This document shows, piece after piece, positions 1 through 12,400 of a stretch of 42,979 bases of DNA (within the stretch, counting starts at the first letter, position 1; each line of letters starts with the position of its first letter). Source of the DNA: Vitrella brassicaformis CCMP3155. Its lineage: Eukaryota > Protista > Chromerida. The DNA is taken from NCBI GenBank assembly GCA_001179505.1, contig CDMY01000612.1, positions 1-42,979 of the forward strand. Reading direction: 5' to 3'. The position numbers were made by a program, and so were the translations under genes. The notes below the pieces were generated by a model. The model worked only from the letters and a program-made list of their open reading frames with translations, did no database searches and had not been told where the DNA came from.

Positions 1-1
1 G

Positions 2-1732
2 GTCGGGATCCTCTGGCTATACTGGCTGGTGTGCGAGTCTGACGATGCGGCAGTGGGGGTCGCCTCCGACATTGTGAGATACGCGGTCGATGGTGTTGGT
101 GCCATGTTATGGATTCTCCTCATAGTGGAAGGCATGTCTCTCAGCAGAATGCTTCGGCTCTTCCGCGACGTGTGGGCATTCTTCGTTGTACCATTGGCAA
201 TTACCACCTTTTTCTCCTCTCCAATTATGCACATTGCGAAGCTAAAGGAGTACAATGGCATCATCGTGGGCTTCGACCTGATCTGTTGGGCGACGATCAC
301 TCCTATGGGGGTGTTTTGGGTGGCATCTCAGAAGAGCAAGAGAAGAGCCATATACACTGCCCAGATGGTCTTCATCCTACTGGTAACTATGGCTGCTGTA
401 AGCGTTTGGGTCCTCGTTTTTTTCAAGAGGTGAGGGATGACATGGATGCCCCGATGAAAGAAGAGGGAGAGTGTCTTCTTTGCGGTGTCTGTTCAGAGGG
501 GAGAAAGTCTCAACAGACGGCGAGAGGGCACAGGTGGCATTCGCGTGTCTGTTATGCTGTCTGCCCTTGATGGCCTTGGCCACAGGAACTACAAGAAGGA
601 TGACAGATGGTCACCCACTGCGCAGCTATCCTGTCATCTACTTCGCCGTACTAGGCTGCCTTCTCGTGCCCCGTATCATGCAAGCAAGCAACCAACCAAG
701 ACAGACACACGGCCGAAACAGACGGACAGACACACACGGTGTGTGTTATTGACAGGCCGAGATGGTGAATCTCAGCAGCAAGATCGCGTCCTCTCTGTTA
801 TTCGCCCTCTACGATCTCCTCGGCGACCTGGCAGTGCCCTACGTCGACGCCCTTCGATTCAACCTCCGTCGCTCATTCGCGTTTCTCCGTCGCTCATCCA
901 CCCGGCACCGATCAACGAGGAGAACTCCAGAGACACCGGCAGGGAGCACCACTGAGAAGCCCCATATGGACAGTACCCGCGTCCCGCCACATGTCTCGCA
1001 GTCGCGCAGCAGCACATGTGTGGCGAGCAAGGAGGAGGCAAGCGTATCCCCCAGCTTCCAGCGGAGGATCTCCCTGAAGGCCCTCTCCTCTTTGACGTCA
1101 GTCCTCAACCTGCAGTCGACGTTCATCGCCTACGACTACCGACCCAGATACCTACGCGCCTTATCCGACCAGATCCACGCCTACAATCTGGCCGAGAGCC
1201 TGATACTGCTCTTCATCAACCTCTCGCTGATCGCCGTGGACCAGTTTGTGGACCCTTCCTTGTCTGGCTTGGCTGAGAGACTCGGGGGCTTGTGTCTGCT
1301 GGTCGCCATCGAGATGGCATGCGAGATAGTCCTCTTCATGGTAGCACAAAAAGCAGACCAAGAAAAGGGAGCGGCTTGATGTCTCTGTGTCACTCTGTCT
1401 GTGTGTATCGTGCGTGTCTCAAGATCTCTGTGCGGCTGCACAACTTGCCCATCGTCCGCAGTGAGGATGAGCCTGGGCCCTGGCGTTCAGGCTGGTGTCT
1501 TTGCTCTGGTGCGTGCGCACGCACACCAAACAACACGTCCAGTCACGTCAGGCACAGATACACACACACACACACTGCCATCCTGCCTGTCCCTCTCAGC
1601 GCCTCCGTGGCTTTGTTACTCGCATTTCTGCCATCGGTCTTGCTGTTCACCTTAAGGGCGACGAAGCCCGGCCAATACGCGGACTTGACCACTGCGGAGC
1701 TGTGTCCACATAGTTTCGACTACTCTGTCTGA
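2..1732 (+). CDS. 5'-partial multi-pass membrane protein of unknown function (about 5 exons in window)
   Basis: Hydrophobic segments join in frame across introns: exon 2-429 (..SVWVLVFFKR), GT-AG intron 430-496, exon 497-683 (GEKVSTDGERAQ..PRIMQ), probable GC-AG intron 684-755, exon 756-1340 (AEMVNLSSKIASSLLFALYDLLGD..EIVLFM), exon from 1424 (ISVRLHNLPIV..), last exon 1600-1732 (ASVALLLAFLPSVLLFTL..FDYSV*). The last donor is ambiguous (1494 fits the phase). No family recognised. Confidence 0.7.
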
Positions 1733-1941
1733 CCGACCGACGGACGCCGAGATGCGATTGAGCGTGACCTCCAAGGCCCGGATGGAGGTCACCATTGGAT
1801 GGTATCAGGATTCTGACAGAAAGCGACAGAGAACGGACATTATTCACATATAGAGAAGAGCTGACACGAATGAGATCTGCTGCCTCGTACAAAGTGTACA
1901 CACCAAGTCTCCATGTCGACTCTGTGGGTTGAAAAAGGCGG

Positions 1942-1999
1942 CAGACACCACGGCAGTGGTCGCCACAGACACCACAGACACCATGGCAGTGGTCGCCAC
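1942..1999. repeat. Two 25-bp direct repeats (period 33 bp)
   Basis: cagacaccacggcagtggtcgccac (1942-1966) and cagacaccatggcagtggtcgccac (1975-1999), one mismatch. Confidence 0.9.
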
Positions 2000-2604
2000 C
2001 GGGCAAAGACGCGACAATATGTGACTCATAGTGTGAGAATGTATCTGGAGCGGCGCAGGGAATCACGCGCGTGGGCGCTAGGAACTCGTTCTGGTGCCTC
2101 GATTTCGGCCGGCGAGAGGGGAAACTACACTGATCAATGCATGTCTTCATCTGGGTGTCACGTGTTGTTTGCTCATTGCAGGATGCGCTTGAGATGCTGA
2201 GAGATCGCACTCCGCTAAGCACTTGGTATTGTACCCAAGTGTTATGTCTCCTTTCCCTTACATATATGTCACCCCAATTGCGAGATCTCTGTGGCGCTAC
2301 CGTCGTATCTCTCGCAGAACCAGAGAACACCCACCCGACCGACCGACCGACAAGGGAGAGAGACAAACAGGGATTGTCGACCATTGTGACTCGTGTCTCC
2401 TTTTGCTGTTTGCTGTTTGTTTGTCAACCGACCCGACTGTGGACCCACCCCACCCATGGCCACATACGCACATTCATTTAATTAAGATGCTGCTGGTGCC
2501 TGCCATCCATCCCAGCCACAGCTGGTGGCTCGATTGCCTACCTTAGCTGGCTGACGGTTAACCGTTCGTCACATGCTTTTGATTGCGTCGGCTTGTTTGT
2601 CGAG

Positions 2605-2792
2605 GTACAGCGACGAGGAGCTCGACGAACTGTGGACCGTCATGCACACGTAGGCCTCGCGAGAGGGAGGGAGGGAGGGAGCCGGGCCTCCCCCCAGCTG
2701 TCCATTGTTGACAATGGGCTCTCTGTGTGTGTGTGTGGTGTGCTGTGCTGTGCTGGTGGTGCAGGTGCGTTGACGTCCTGAAGAGGCGGTGA
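2605..2792 (+). pseudogene. Orphan copy of the last two exons of the ankyrin gene at 27590-34740
   Basis: 2605-2649 (YSDEELDELWTVMHT) and 2765-2792 (CVDVLKRR*) match the terminal exons at 27776-27590. The acceptor is changed from cag to gag, and I found no upstream exons of that gene here. Confidence 0.75.
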
Positions 2793-3209
2793 CCCACTGT
2801 GGCTGGCTGATGGTGGCTGACAAGTTGGCAGGTGGTGTGACAGCAAGTGTTTGCGACTTCGGTCTTGTTTGTGTGGGCATGGTTTTGGGGGCATGAACGA
2901 ATGAGTGAGCCTCTCTGGTGGGTGGGCGAGGACAGGCAGGTGTGTATCCGTGGGGGATGGATCGATGAATGGACGGATCGATTGCATCAGACACATACAC
3001 ACACATGCGTACAGACATGCGATTGCTCTCCGTCCGTCCAGCCACGTGTGTGTATGTCTGTCATCATCAGAGCTGACACATACACACACCAGTCATCTCA
3101 TCCATCCATCTGTCCGTCTGTCGGTTGGTCCACACCCGCTAGCTCACAGGTGCCTGCCCTCCCCCCTCCCCCGCCCCTCCGCCTCACCAGTTATGTGTGG
3201 GTCGGTCGC

Positions 3210-5515
3210 TCAGTCGATGAGTGTGATCCGCCGTCTCTTCCTCTTCAAGTTGTTGGTGCCCTCACCGGCCCCCGAACCCACAGCCGCAGCCACAGCAGGG
3301 GCCTCATCCGTCATGGCCACCTCACTACCGCCACCACCAGCAGGAACGGCAAATGGGAGCGGTGGGCAGAGGGCCGCTGACACACACACACACACACACA
3401 CAGAAGGACAAGAGTCATTCCCCTGTCGTGTATGTCACTCGTGCGTCCCCACATGCGAAGAGGTCATCGTCATCGTCCATGTCGTGGGGCGAGAAGCTGA
3501 GCTTAGGGGCGGCAGCGGCGTCATATGGGTCTCGGGCGTCTCTGTGTGGCGCCATGGGCTCGTCGCCATCGTCACAGCAGGGGGGGAAGGCCGGCGGGGG
3601 GCCGTGGAAAGGGTCTCTGTCCTCACGGTGCCCATGGTGCTCATCCACGGGGTAGCCCATGACGATGAGGGGCACTGGCGGGGCGGGGTAGGGCTGGCGG
3701 TGGGGTGGGAGTGGTGGGCCATACAGAGGGGGAGGCAATGGATGGTGCTGTTGCTGGTCGGGGGGATGCTCTGCAGGGGCTAAGTCGGTGTAGTTGGCCA
3801 GGGAGGGGCCGTACTGAGCACATCCACAGGCGGAGGAGAGAGATGTGATGTGTCTCGTGTGTGCGTGTGGGCGTGTGTTGTGATATTGGTCGCTCACCGC
3901 GGCGCCCTGCAGCAGATGGGTCAGAAACACACGCACCGGCAGCCTGACCGACAAGGAGCCAGACAGACAGACAGACAGGGGATGGACACACACACAGCAG
4001 GAGAGATGCCTTGTGTGTGTGTTTACTTGAAGGATTCGAGCACGGCCGCCTCATCGAACGTCTTGCGATCGGGAAAGAAACACTTGAGCTTCTTACGCTG
4101 GCAGCAAACCCACCCACACACATACACACAGAGGGAATGTGTGTCTCTCTGTCTCTCTCTCTCTGTGTGTCCACTGCACCGACCTGTCCGGCAGATGGGC
4201 CCTTCCTGGGCTGGTCGTACTTAGCGCGGAACATGTTGCGGGTGAAGCGCGCCTTCATCAGCTGCCTGGACACACACACCACACACACACACATCCATAT
4301 GTAGGCGTGTGTGGTCGGTGGGCCGCTCGCGCACTTGTTGATATGATTGACGTCATCATCAGTCATGGCGGCGCCCACGTCCACCCCGGCCTCCGAGAAG
4401 ACGGGCGCGCGCAGCAGAGAGGTAGAGGCGCCCTCGGGGGGCTCGGCGAGGCGCGGGAACCAGTTCTGACGCACACATGCAGTGAGGGAGCACATGAATG
4501 CCACACGCGTCGAGGAATGCCGGGAGGCGGGGGGGTGGGGGAGGTGGGGTGACCACTGACCATGAACAGCGACGAGAAGGGTTTGTTGGCGAACTCGCTC
4601 CACCGACACACATTCTGCAGCCATCGCCATACACACAGATGGATGGATGGATGGGCATCCTTTCCGTCACAGAGACCGACGTCCTTACCGTGACACTGAC
4701 GAGGAAGTTGAAGGGGCCGTAGGTGTAGTAGAACTGGTCGCCGACTTGCGTGACGATGCGCGTGAGGAGCACATTGGCGTCCGACATGGCCCGGTGGATC
4801 TTGGCGCTCGGCGGCAGAGACCACGAGTGCTCGAACTCACCACCACCGAACTGCACCGTTCAATCCATCCACCCACACAACACACAAACACAGAGAGAGA
4901 GACGGAGAGAGTGAACACTCACTGTGCACCCCTTCCCGTCTCACCCCACCCACCTCATACTGAAGAGCCAGCAGCATGGCGCGGTGCAGCGAGTAGAGGC
5001 AGAACCCCGCCCACACCGTGAGGGTGCGCTGCAGCAGCAGGGGACCGCTGCCCGCCTCAATCTCACAGGAGAACGTCAACTCAACTGCACAACACAACAC
5101 AACACGTGCAGCCTGCGACAGACGGTGGGAGTGTGTGGATGCGATGCGTGTGTACCGAGGTCGTATGTGTGGAGCGTGTCGGCATCTTTATTGGGCTGCG
5201 GCTGTTGCTGGACGGCCTGTGTGGCGAGGGGGAGGGTGGTCTGCTGTGTGGAGGCGGGGCTGGCCGTGGTGGCTGTGGTGGCGTCTTGCGAGAAGGCGAG
5301 TATAGGGTCCATGAGGGCAGCGGATGCAGGCAAAGGCACCTCAGGCACCTTCTCGTACTCGGCCTTCAACACAATCTCACAACCCAACACCTCCTACATG
5401 TGTGCAAGTAATGATGGCGTCCATGTGCGACGGCCAACGGTGACGCTTTGTGCCCATCTACATACCTGGATGGTTTTGATTGCAATGGGCCCCTGCTGCT
5501 TCCCCCCACCCACCG

Positions 5516-5548
<33 letters not shown>

Positions 5549-5822
5549 CATCACACACACCACCACCATCGTCGCCTTTGTCGGGCCGGCAGCGTTTCTT
5601 GGATGCTGCCTTTGCCTTTGGTGGCGGAGGACTGGCGAGCAGCCGCTTGATGCGCTTGTCCTTGAGCACCTGCCGCAGCTGCACGAGGCTCATGGATGGC
5701 AGCACGATGGCCGCGGGGTCCTTCATGTCGCCGTCATGGCCGTCACTGGAAGGGGAGGATGAGCCGAGAAGGGGAGAAAGGGAGATGGGGTCAGACGACG
5801 GAGCGGGGCTGCTGCCAGCCAT
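3210..5822 (-). CDS. Hypothetical protein, about 11 exons; possible pRiA4b ORF-3/MM3350-like domain; Pro-rich tail and C-terminal basic NLS-like KRKRRR
   Basis: In-frame GT-AG splicing gives MAGSSPAP..KTIQ | EVLGCEIVLKAEYEK.. | VELTFSCEIEAGSGPLLLQRTLTVWAGFCLYSLHRAMLLALQYE | FGGGEFEHSWSL..DANVLLTRIVTQVGDQFYYTYGPFNFLVSVT | DVCRWSEF.. | NWFPRL.. | QLMKARF.. | RKKLKCFFPDRKTFDEAAV.. | LPVRVFLTHLLQGAA | YGPSLANY.. | SALCPP..NLKRKRRRITLID*. The domain call is by eye only. Confidence 0.75.
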
Positions 5823-5893
5823 CAGTAACACAAAGCAGAAAACACGGCACAATCCCGTTCGTTTTCCGGGTTCGTAAACTTGGCTTGGGAAAG
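5823..5893. promoter_or_regulatory. Very short divergent (bidirectional) promoter region
   Basis: Only 71 bp separate the minus-strand ATG at 5822 and the plus-strand ATG at 5894. Both start codons are inferred. Confidence 0.5.
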
Positions 5894-7647
5894 ATGAGGT
5901 TCGAAGATTCGGAGATATATCGCATGCTGGTGTCTGGTCCCGACCATGAGGAGATCACCGCAGACCACCTCGATAGATCCGACACAACGCAGTGCGCCGC
6001 GGCAGCCAAAGTCCGCGCCGTGACCGGGTGGGTGGACTGTGGGTGGATAGGATGGGATGGTGGGATGGGCGGCGAGGAGGAAATGGGGAGAGAGGACCAC
6101 ATAGATCCATCCATCCGTCATCTCTGGCTAGATCTCTCTTGTGCGTGTCACACAGGAGCGAGATGGCGGGGAATCACGCGGGGCAGGCCAACGAGGCGCT
6201 CTTCAACAGCCCCTTTGGCTTCGATGTGAGCAACGACGGCAGCATCTGGGTCGCAGACACCGAGAACCACTGCGTCAAGACCATCTCGCCCAACCTCTCT
6301 GTGGTACGCAGGCACACCATAGAGGGGCTGGTGGTGGATGGGTAGATGGGTGAGTGGGTGGATGACTATGCGATGGATGGCATTGCTTGTGTGGTTGCCC
6401 GCAGGTTGTGACGGTGGCCACTGCGGCTGGCGGGCTGAAGTCGCCAACGGGTGTGGCAGTCTGCCGGGCCACCAAGTGCTGCTACGTGGCCGACGTGCAG
6501 ACGCACTGCATACACCGCATCCACCAAGATGGGCAAGGTGCGTTGGTGTGTGTGTGTGTGTGTGTGTAAGGGGATCTATTCCATCGCAGTCAGCCGCTTT
6601 GTCCTTTTTGCTTTCATGATTTCAGTTGACATCATCGCTGGGGAGCGTGACACTGCCGGATATCAGGAGAGCGACGGCGGCAACACAAGCAGATGGGATA
6701 TGCCGTGGGCAGGTTAGCAAGAATATAGGCACACCCCACCAAAACCATGGTGTCGTGTCCCTTTTTTTCGTGCAGTCGCGTTGAGCCCCAGCGGCGACCT
6801 GTACGTAGCGGACCGGCAGAACCACCTCATACGGAAGGTGCTGCTCAGCCGCGGCGTGCCCCCTCCCGCCCCCACCCACTGCACAGCCGACACCGACACC
6901 ACGTCGATAGCCACACACCACCACCCAGAAGGACCGGATGTGGCGGGGAGAGATGAGGAGGCCATCGAGACCATCGCAGGTGATGGATGGATGGATGGAT
7001 GGAAAGGGGGAGGGGGATGGTGTGTGGGTGCGGCCACGTCCTGTGATTGGTGTGTGTGTGCGTGTTAGGTGGCGGTTTGGGTATGGGAATGGGTGTTGGC
7101 GTGATGGGCGGTGGGGTTGTGGCTCAGTGCGCCACCGAGACCGTAGCCGGCATACTGGGGCAGCCAGGTGAGTTTGGAGAAGAGAACAAGACAATCCACC
7201 TACAGACACAGACCGCAGTGTGTGTGTCTGGTGTGTGTGTGTGTGGCTAGGTTGTGAGGACGGCGACCCGAGCAAGGCCAAGTTCAACTCGCCCTCGGCG
7301 CTTGCCGTCGCGCCGGATGGGGCCGTCTACGTGTCAGACATCGGTCGGCACCACACCACACCATGCACACCACACACCACACACACCTTGCACGCCCACA
7401 TCCACACACACGCCATATGTGTGTGTGTATACCAGCGTCTAACCGGATCCGCAAGATCAGTGCTGACGGGAGGGAGGTGCTGACGCTGCCCGGCCTCTAC
7501 AAGGGCGCGCTCGGGCTCGACATAGACGCGCACGGACGGTATGTGTCTGGGGGGGCGACACACATCAACGATAGACGAGAGTGGCCATCCATCCATCCAT
7601 CCATCCGTCTCAATGGCTGGATGTGGCTGCTCCCTCTCTCACCACCC

Positions 7648-7678
<31 letters not shown>

Positions 7679-8685
7679 TGTGTGTCAGTTTGTACATTGC
7701 CAACACGGAGGCCAAGCAGATCCTCAGATACGACCCACGCGCAGGACAGGTCCACACACACAACCATGGCACACCACATACCCAACACAACAGAGCAGAC
7801 AAACAGGGAGACAGGGAGGTCGCCCATACCCCCTCCCCTCCCTGTCTCTTTTCATTCCCTCAGGTGGACACCGTGTGTGGGGTCGATTTGGTCAAGCCCA
7901 CGGGCATCCGTGTCGACAGCACCTCGGGTGTGCTCTTCATAGCCGACCTCCACGCCTTCAAGGCCATCACCGTCACCAAGAGCCTCCCACCCACCCCGCC
8001 AACACTCAACATGGACCTGGCCAACCTGCTCTGCCAAGACGTACGTGACCTGCACACACACACCCATACTCACGGTAGTTGAAGGGTCTGTTGGGGGGTG
8101 TTTGCTGGTCAGGCTGAGGACACGTTCTCTGACGTGACCTTTCTGGCGGAGGGTCGCGAGTTCATGGCGCACTGCGCCATCATAGCGCAGAGGTGCCCCA
8201 AGCTCAAAGACGCCATCAACCACAGTGGTGAGTGAGCGAGGCGGCCGGGCAGTTAGTCCACTTGACGACATGTGATCCTCTGTGTGTGTGTGGGTACATT
8301 GGTGCAATTTGCTGTGTGTGTGTGTAGATGGCAAGCCAGTGGCCTTAGAGGTGTCGTACAAATGTTTGGTGTCGGCGCTGTTCTTCCTCTACACCGACCG
8401 GTGCATCGTCGACCAAACCACTCAACACGACCTACTCGCGGTGGGGGCCTGCACTGCAGTGTGTCGGTGGTGTCACACACACACAGACACAGAGAGAGAG
8501 AGAGAGGGAAGAAGAGGCTATTTCTCCATGCCTGTGTGTCTTTCTGGCTGTGGGACTGTCTGGCTCTCTGCCTGGCTGTGTGGTCAGTTTGCGGACCGTT
8601 ACGATGTGTGTCGGCTCAAATGTTTGGTGGAGGAGTATATGCTCAAACGTGTCAACCTGGACAACGTACTCGAGACACTCAGGTA

Positions 8686-8721
<36 letters not shown>

Positions 8722-9459
8722 CGGCAGCGTGCATCCATCCATCCATCCATCCAGATCCATCCATCCACCTCTGTATGTGTGTGTGGTCAGAACGGCCCAC
8801 CGTTGCCACGCCGATCGTCTCAAGAAGGCGTGCATCAAGATAGTGATCCGACACTTCGCCATCCTGCAGGCAGGTCTTGTGTCTGTCATCGATATGCACA
8901 CACACACTCACGCCACATTCACAGCCCACACAAAGGTCGGTGTCTGTCTTTGGTTCTTTCTCTCTGTGTGTGTGCAGGGCAAGATTCCGAGTAGCGGACT
9001 GGCGGAGCTGCCGGAGCTGCTGACAGAGCTCATCCTCTCCATGCCCAAGTAGGTATGTGAAATGTGAAACGCACTGCACACACACGCCACACACACATAC
9101 ACACACACCAGCGACACTCCTGCTGTACACCCTCTCGCTCTCTCTCTCTCTCTGTGCGTGTGTGTGTGTGTGTGTTTGTGTGTGTGGTGTGTGTGGTCAG
9201 ACTCATCACACCGAAGCTCGGCCGCCCTCTGTCGTCCCTGCAGGCATCCCCCGCCCCCCACTGCACAGACACACCCCCATCCAAAGTAGATACAGACAAG
9301 GCCGCCCCCCATGCCAAGAGTCGCCCCCAAGTGCAGCAGTCGGCCAGCACATCCACCGCTGGCACAGCCAGTGGGTCGGCGATGAGCCTGTGGGAGTGGT
9401 TCTGCACGCGCAGCGGCAGCGGCAGCGGCATCGGCAGCGCGGGCGAGGGGGAGGCATAG
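5894..9459 (+). CDS. NHL-repeat beta-propeller + BTB/POZ (with BACK-like helices) protein; putative Cullin3 substrate adaptor
   Basis: NHL repeats: ALFNSPFGFDVSNDGSIWVADTENHCVKTI, DMPWAVALSPSGDLYVADRQNHLIRKV, KAKFNSPSALAVAPDGAVYVSDI, LVKPTGIRVD. BTB: FSDVTFLAEGREFMAHCAIIAQRCPKL..ALFFLYTD..ADRYDVCRLKCLVEEYM..NVLETL..ADRLKKAC. Many GT-AG introns. The start could be 5894 or 5924; last exon 9201-9459. Confidence 0.9.
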
Positions 9460-12400
9460 CGTGTAGTCTTATGAATGAACGATATAGCTGGCGGATGGAG
9501 GGATGGAGGGCTGCCTGCCTGCAGAGGGGCCGAAGTCAGTTAGCTCTTGTCGGTGTTATGCAGACGAGACGACAGAGATGACATGTGGTTGCTGGAGAGA
9601 AAGATGCTTCTTCCTTTGCACGGGATGGATGGATGGATTGCATCTTGATCCAGGCCTCTGATTAGTGTGCGGTGTGCGTGTGCGTGTGTGTGAATGTGTG
9701 TAGGTGTTGGCGTGAGGCAGTGAGGCTGCATTGCCTTGCTGTGTGCGGTCAAGTGGCACGCCACAGAGGATGGAATGAATGCAGCACACAAGAGGGTCCG
9801 GTCACAACACCACACCACACCACACCACAGCAAGTCCAGCCGCACAACTCAACACACACATACACACAGACACACACACACACACGTCCCTCCCTCCCTC
9901 CTCCCTGTCCCACCGTCCCTTATACTGCCCATTATATCCCCCTCTCTCTCGGAAAAATACAAGATACAAGTCGCTTCCTTCAGCCACAGACAGACAGACA
10001 CTTAATACTCACCCGACCACCCCACCCCGCCCACACACAGCCAGGAACGTCTCCCAGCAGACCACACACCTGGTCGAAAAAACCATACAACATTCATGAA
10101 TGATGTGAGTATGTCATGACATCCATCGGCCTCACACAGGGAGACATAGAAGAGTCAGTCCATTCCAGTGCTTGCTTGTGCGGTGGGCTGGGATGGGCTG
10201 GTAGGCAGCCAGCTCAGCGAGCTGGCCAGCACCTGTGCTGGCGGGCTGGCTGGCTGGCTGGCTCATGTGCGCTGCACTGCACTGCACTGCACTCGCTCAG
10301 TCACTCCGACCGACAGACAATACACAGACAGCCATACAGCCACGTGTGCGTGTGTGCCTGGAGGGGAGGGAGAGAGGGAGAGGGGTCAAGAGGGCGGCCA
10401 TCCATTCTGCCCCATGCCATCAGCCAGCCAGCCAGCCAGCCAGCAAACCATCCATCCCACCCTCCACTGGACATATGTAAGGCGATCTGTCGGCTGTGCG
10501 TCTGAGCGAGTGCCACAGGCCGACAGAGAGCCATGCATCATCATCCAGTGGGTTGGGTAGATGACTGACGCTAGTCGATACCCCCACCTCTGTATCTCTC
10601 TCTCCATTGCGACACGCTATGCTACGTCAGGCAGGCAGGCAGGCACGCAGCCAGCCAGCCCCTTGCTGCCCTGCCCTCCCCAGCTCACCAACACACCACA
10701 GCACAGCACAGCACAGATGTGCCACACACAGATACCATCACTACGGAGGACACGTCAAAAATTGCAGCCACCATCGCACAAGTAGATAGAGCACGCAACG
10801 CACAGCCACCAAACAAACACATCTATCCTTTCCTGTCTATCGCTCGGTTGCTTTGGGACAGCACACAAGGGTGAGAGGGCTGCGGGCATCTGTGTGTGTG
10901 CCTATCTGTCCCTCTCCCTCTCCCTCTCCCGCCGAGGTGGATGGAGGGAGCATGCAATAGTGAGTGCGGGAGGGATGTGTCTCCCCTCCCCTCCCCTCTG
11001 AAACATGCTGTGACCGTAAAGCACATTCATTCAACCATTCACTGATCCGTCTCGTCCATCCATCCGTCCGTTCGTTCATCGACCTGTCCTGCAGCCGCCT
11101 CACCTCACGAAGCGTACTCCCACTTACACAAATACCAACAACCCGACAATAAGCCAACTCACTCTCCATCCCTCCCTCCCTCACTCTCTCACTCAGAAAC
11201 ACGCAGCCAGTCAGTCAGTCAGACAGAAATACACACACATCCACACATAGGTAGGTACGAGGCAAGTGGCAGGCAGGCAGGCAGGCAGGGAAGTAGGCAG
11301 AAATACTCCGTCGCAACTCTCCCTCCCTCCCTCCCTTTCTCCCCATTTGGACACACGTCATTCGTGGACGGACGGACGGACGGACGGACGCATGGATACG
11401 GATCAGGGCACACACATGCATTGCATTTATCATTGTTTGTTTGTGTGTGTGTTGCAAAAGGGAAAAATAGGCCCACACACGGACGGACGGACACGCAGAC
11501 ATACACAGGGAGGCGCAAGGAACAAGGAAGGAAGCAAGGCATCACTTTGTGTCGCCCACACAACCCACGTATCACATCCACATGTTTGACATCCACATGC
11601 ACACGGACGGACTGACACGCACGGTAGGCACAACGGAGAAAATCGCCCCTCTCTCCCCTCTCTCTCCTCTCGAGTAAGGAAGTTGAGCGTGAGTGTCTGA
11701 GGCCTGACACCCACACACCACAGCCGGGGCGGCAAAAAACATGGTTGGTGACCACACGACAGGCAGACAAACACCCATGAGCGCTACGTGCACGCTCAGC
11801 TCACCCCACATGCCATCCGGCCATCCAGCCATTGTGTGCTCTGAGTGGGTATGTATGTATGTATTGTGCCCTCAATAATCAACAAACACTTACTTGTGTG
11901 TGCATGCATCGATCGCATCAACCAACCGTATTGATTGATACTCATGCGCCATGAAACAAACAGACCATAGGAGTGAGGAAGCCCTAATTCCCTTAACTCA
12001 CCCTCCCCATCCCCCCAGTGTGTGTGTGTGTGTGTGTGTGCGCGTGTGTGCAGTGCGACCGTTGAGTAAACGGACCGGTTATCTGTCTTTCTTGAAGACG
12101 TGCATCTCCATCCATCCATCCATCCACACGTATGTATGAGCAGTAGTGTCTGTCTGTCACTAGGACTTGTTGGACGGGCCGTTCAAAAGGCCCCTTGAGA
12201 GTGAGTAGTGAGTGTCTCAGTCAGTCACTGCACACGCCAACCCTCTAACACGGAGCGTTATTGGCCTCAGGTAGGTAGGGAGGGAGGGAGGGACACACAG
12301 ACCGACAGGCCGACAGGCAGGCGAGAGCAAAAAGCGGCCAGGTGGGGTGGCGTGCAGTCAGTCAGTCAGTCAGTGATGCCATCAATGCTCACTCACTCAC

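Larger units (their letters stand above)
2588..5881 (-). repeat. Inverted segmental duplication, copy A (~3.3 kb)
   Basis: The reverse complement matches 24500-27793 throughout: the same exons, introns and ORF translations (e.g. MKDPAAIVLPSMSLVQLRQ, GDQFYYTYGP, KRKRRR). Homology stops sharply at aagtttacgaaccc (5881/24500) and tcggcttgtttgt (2588/27793). Confidence 0.95.

Noticed and set aside
1942-1999. Repeat-spacer-repeat resembling a mini CRISPR
   Set aside because: There are only two repeats with an 8-nt spacer, the context is eukaryotic, and no cas genes are present.
9050-9052. TAG at 9052 as the end of the NHL-BTB gene
   Set aside because: It overlaps a donor (AA|gtaggt), and a typical CA/TG intron leads to an in-frame final exon ending at 9459.
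12176-12193. gggcc-gttcaaaa-ggccc hairpin resembling a tRNA T-arm or B-box
   Set aside because: The loop geometry is wrong and there is no acceptor, D or anticodon arm around it.
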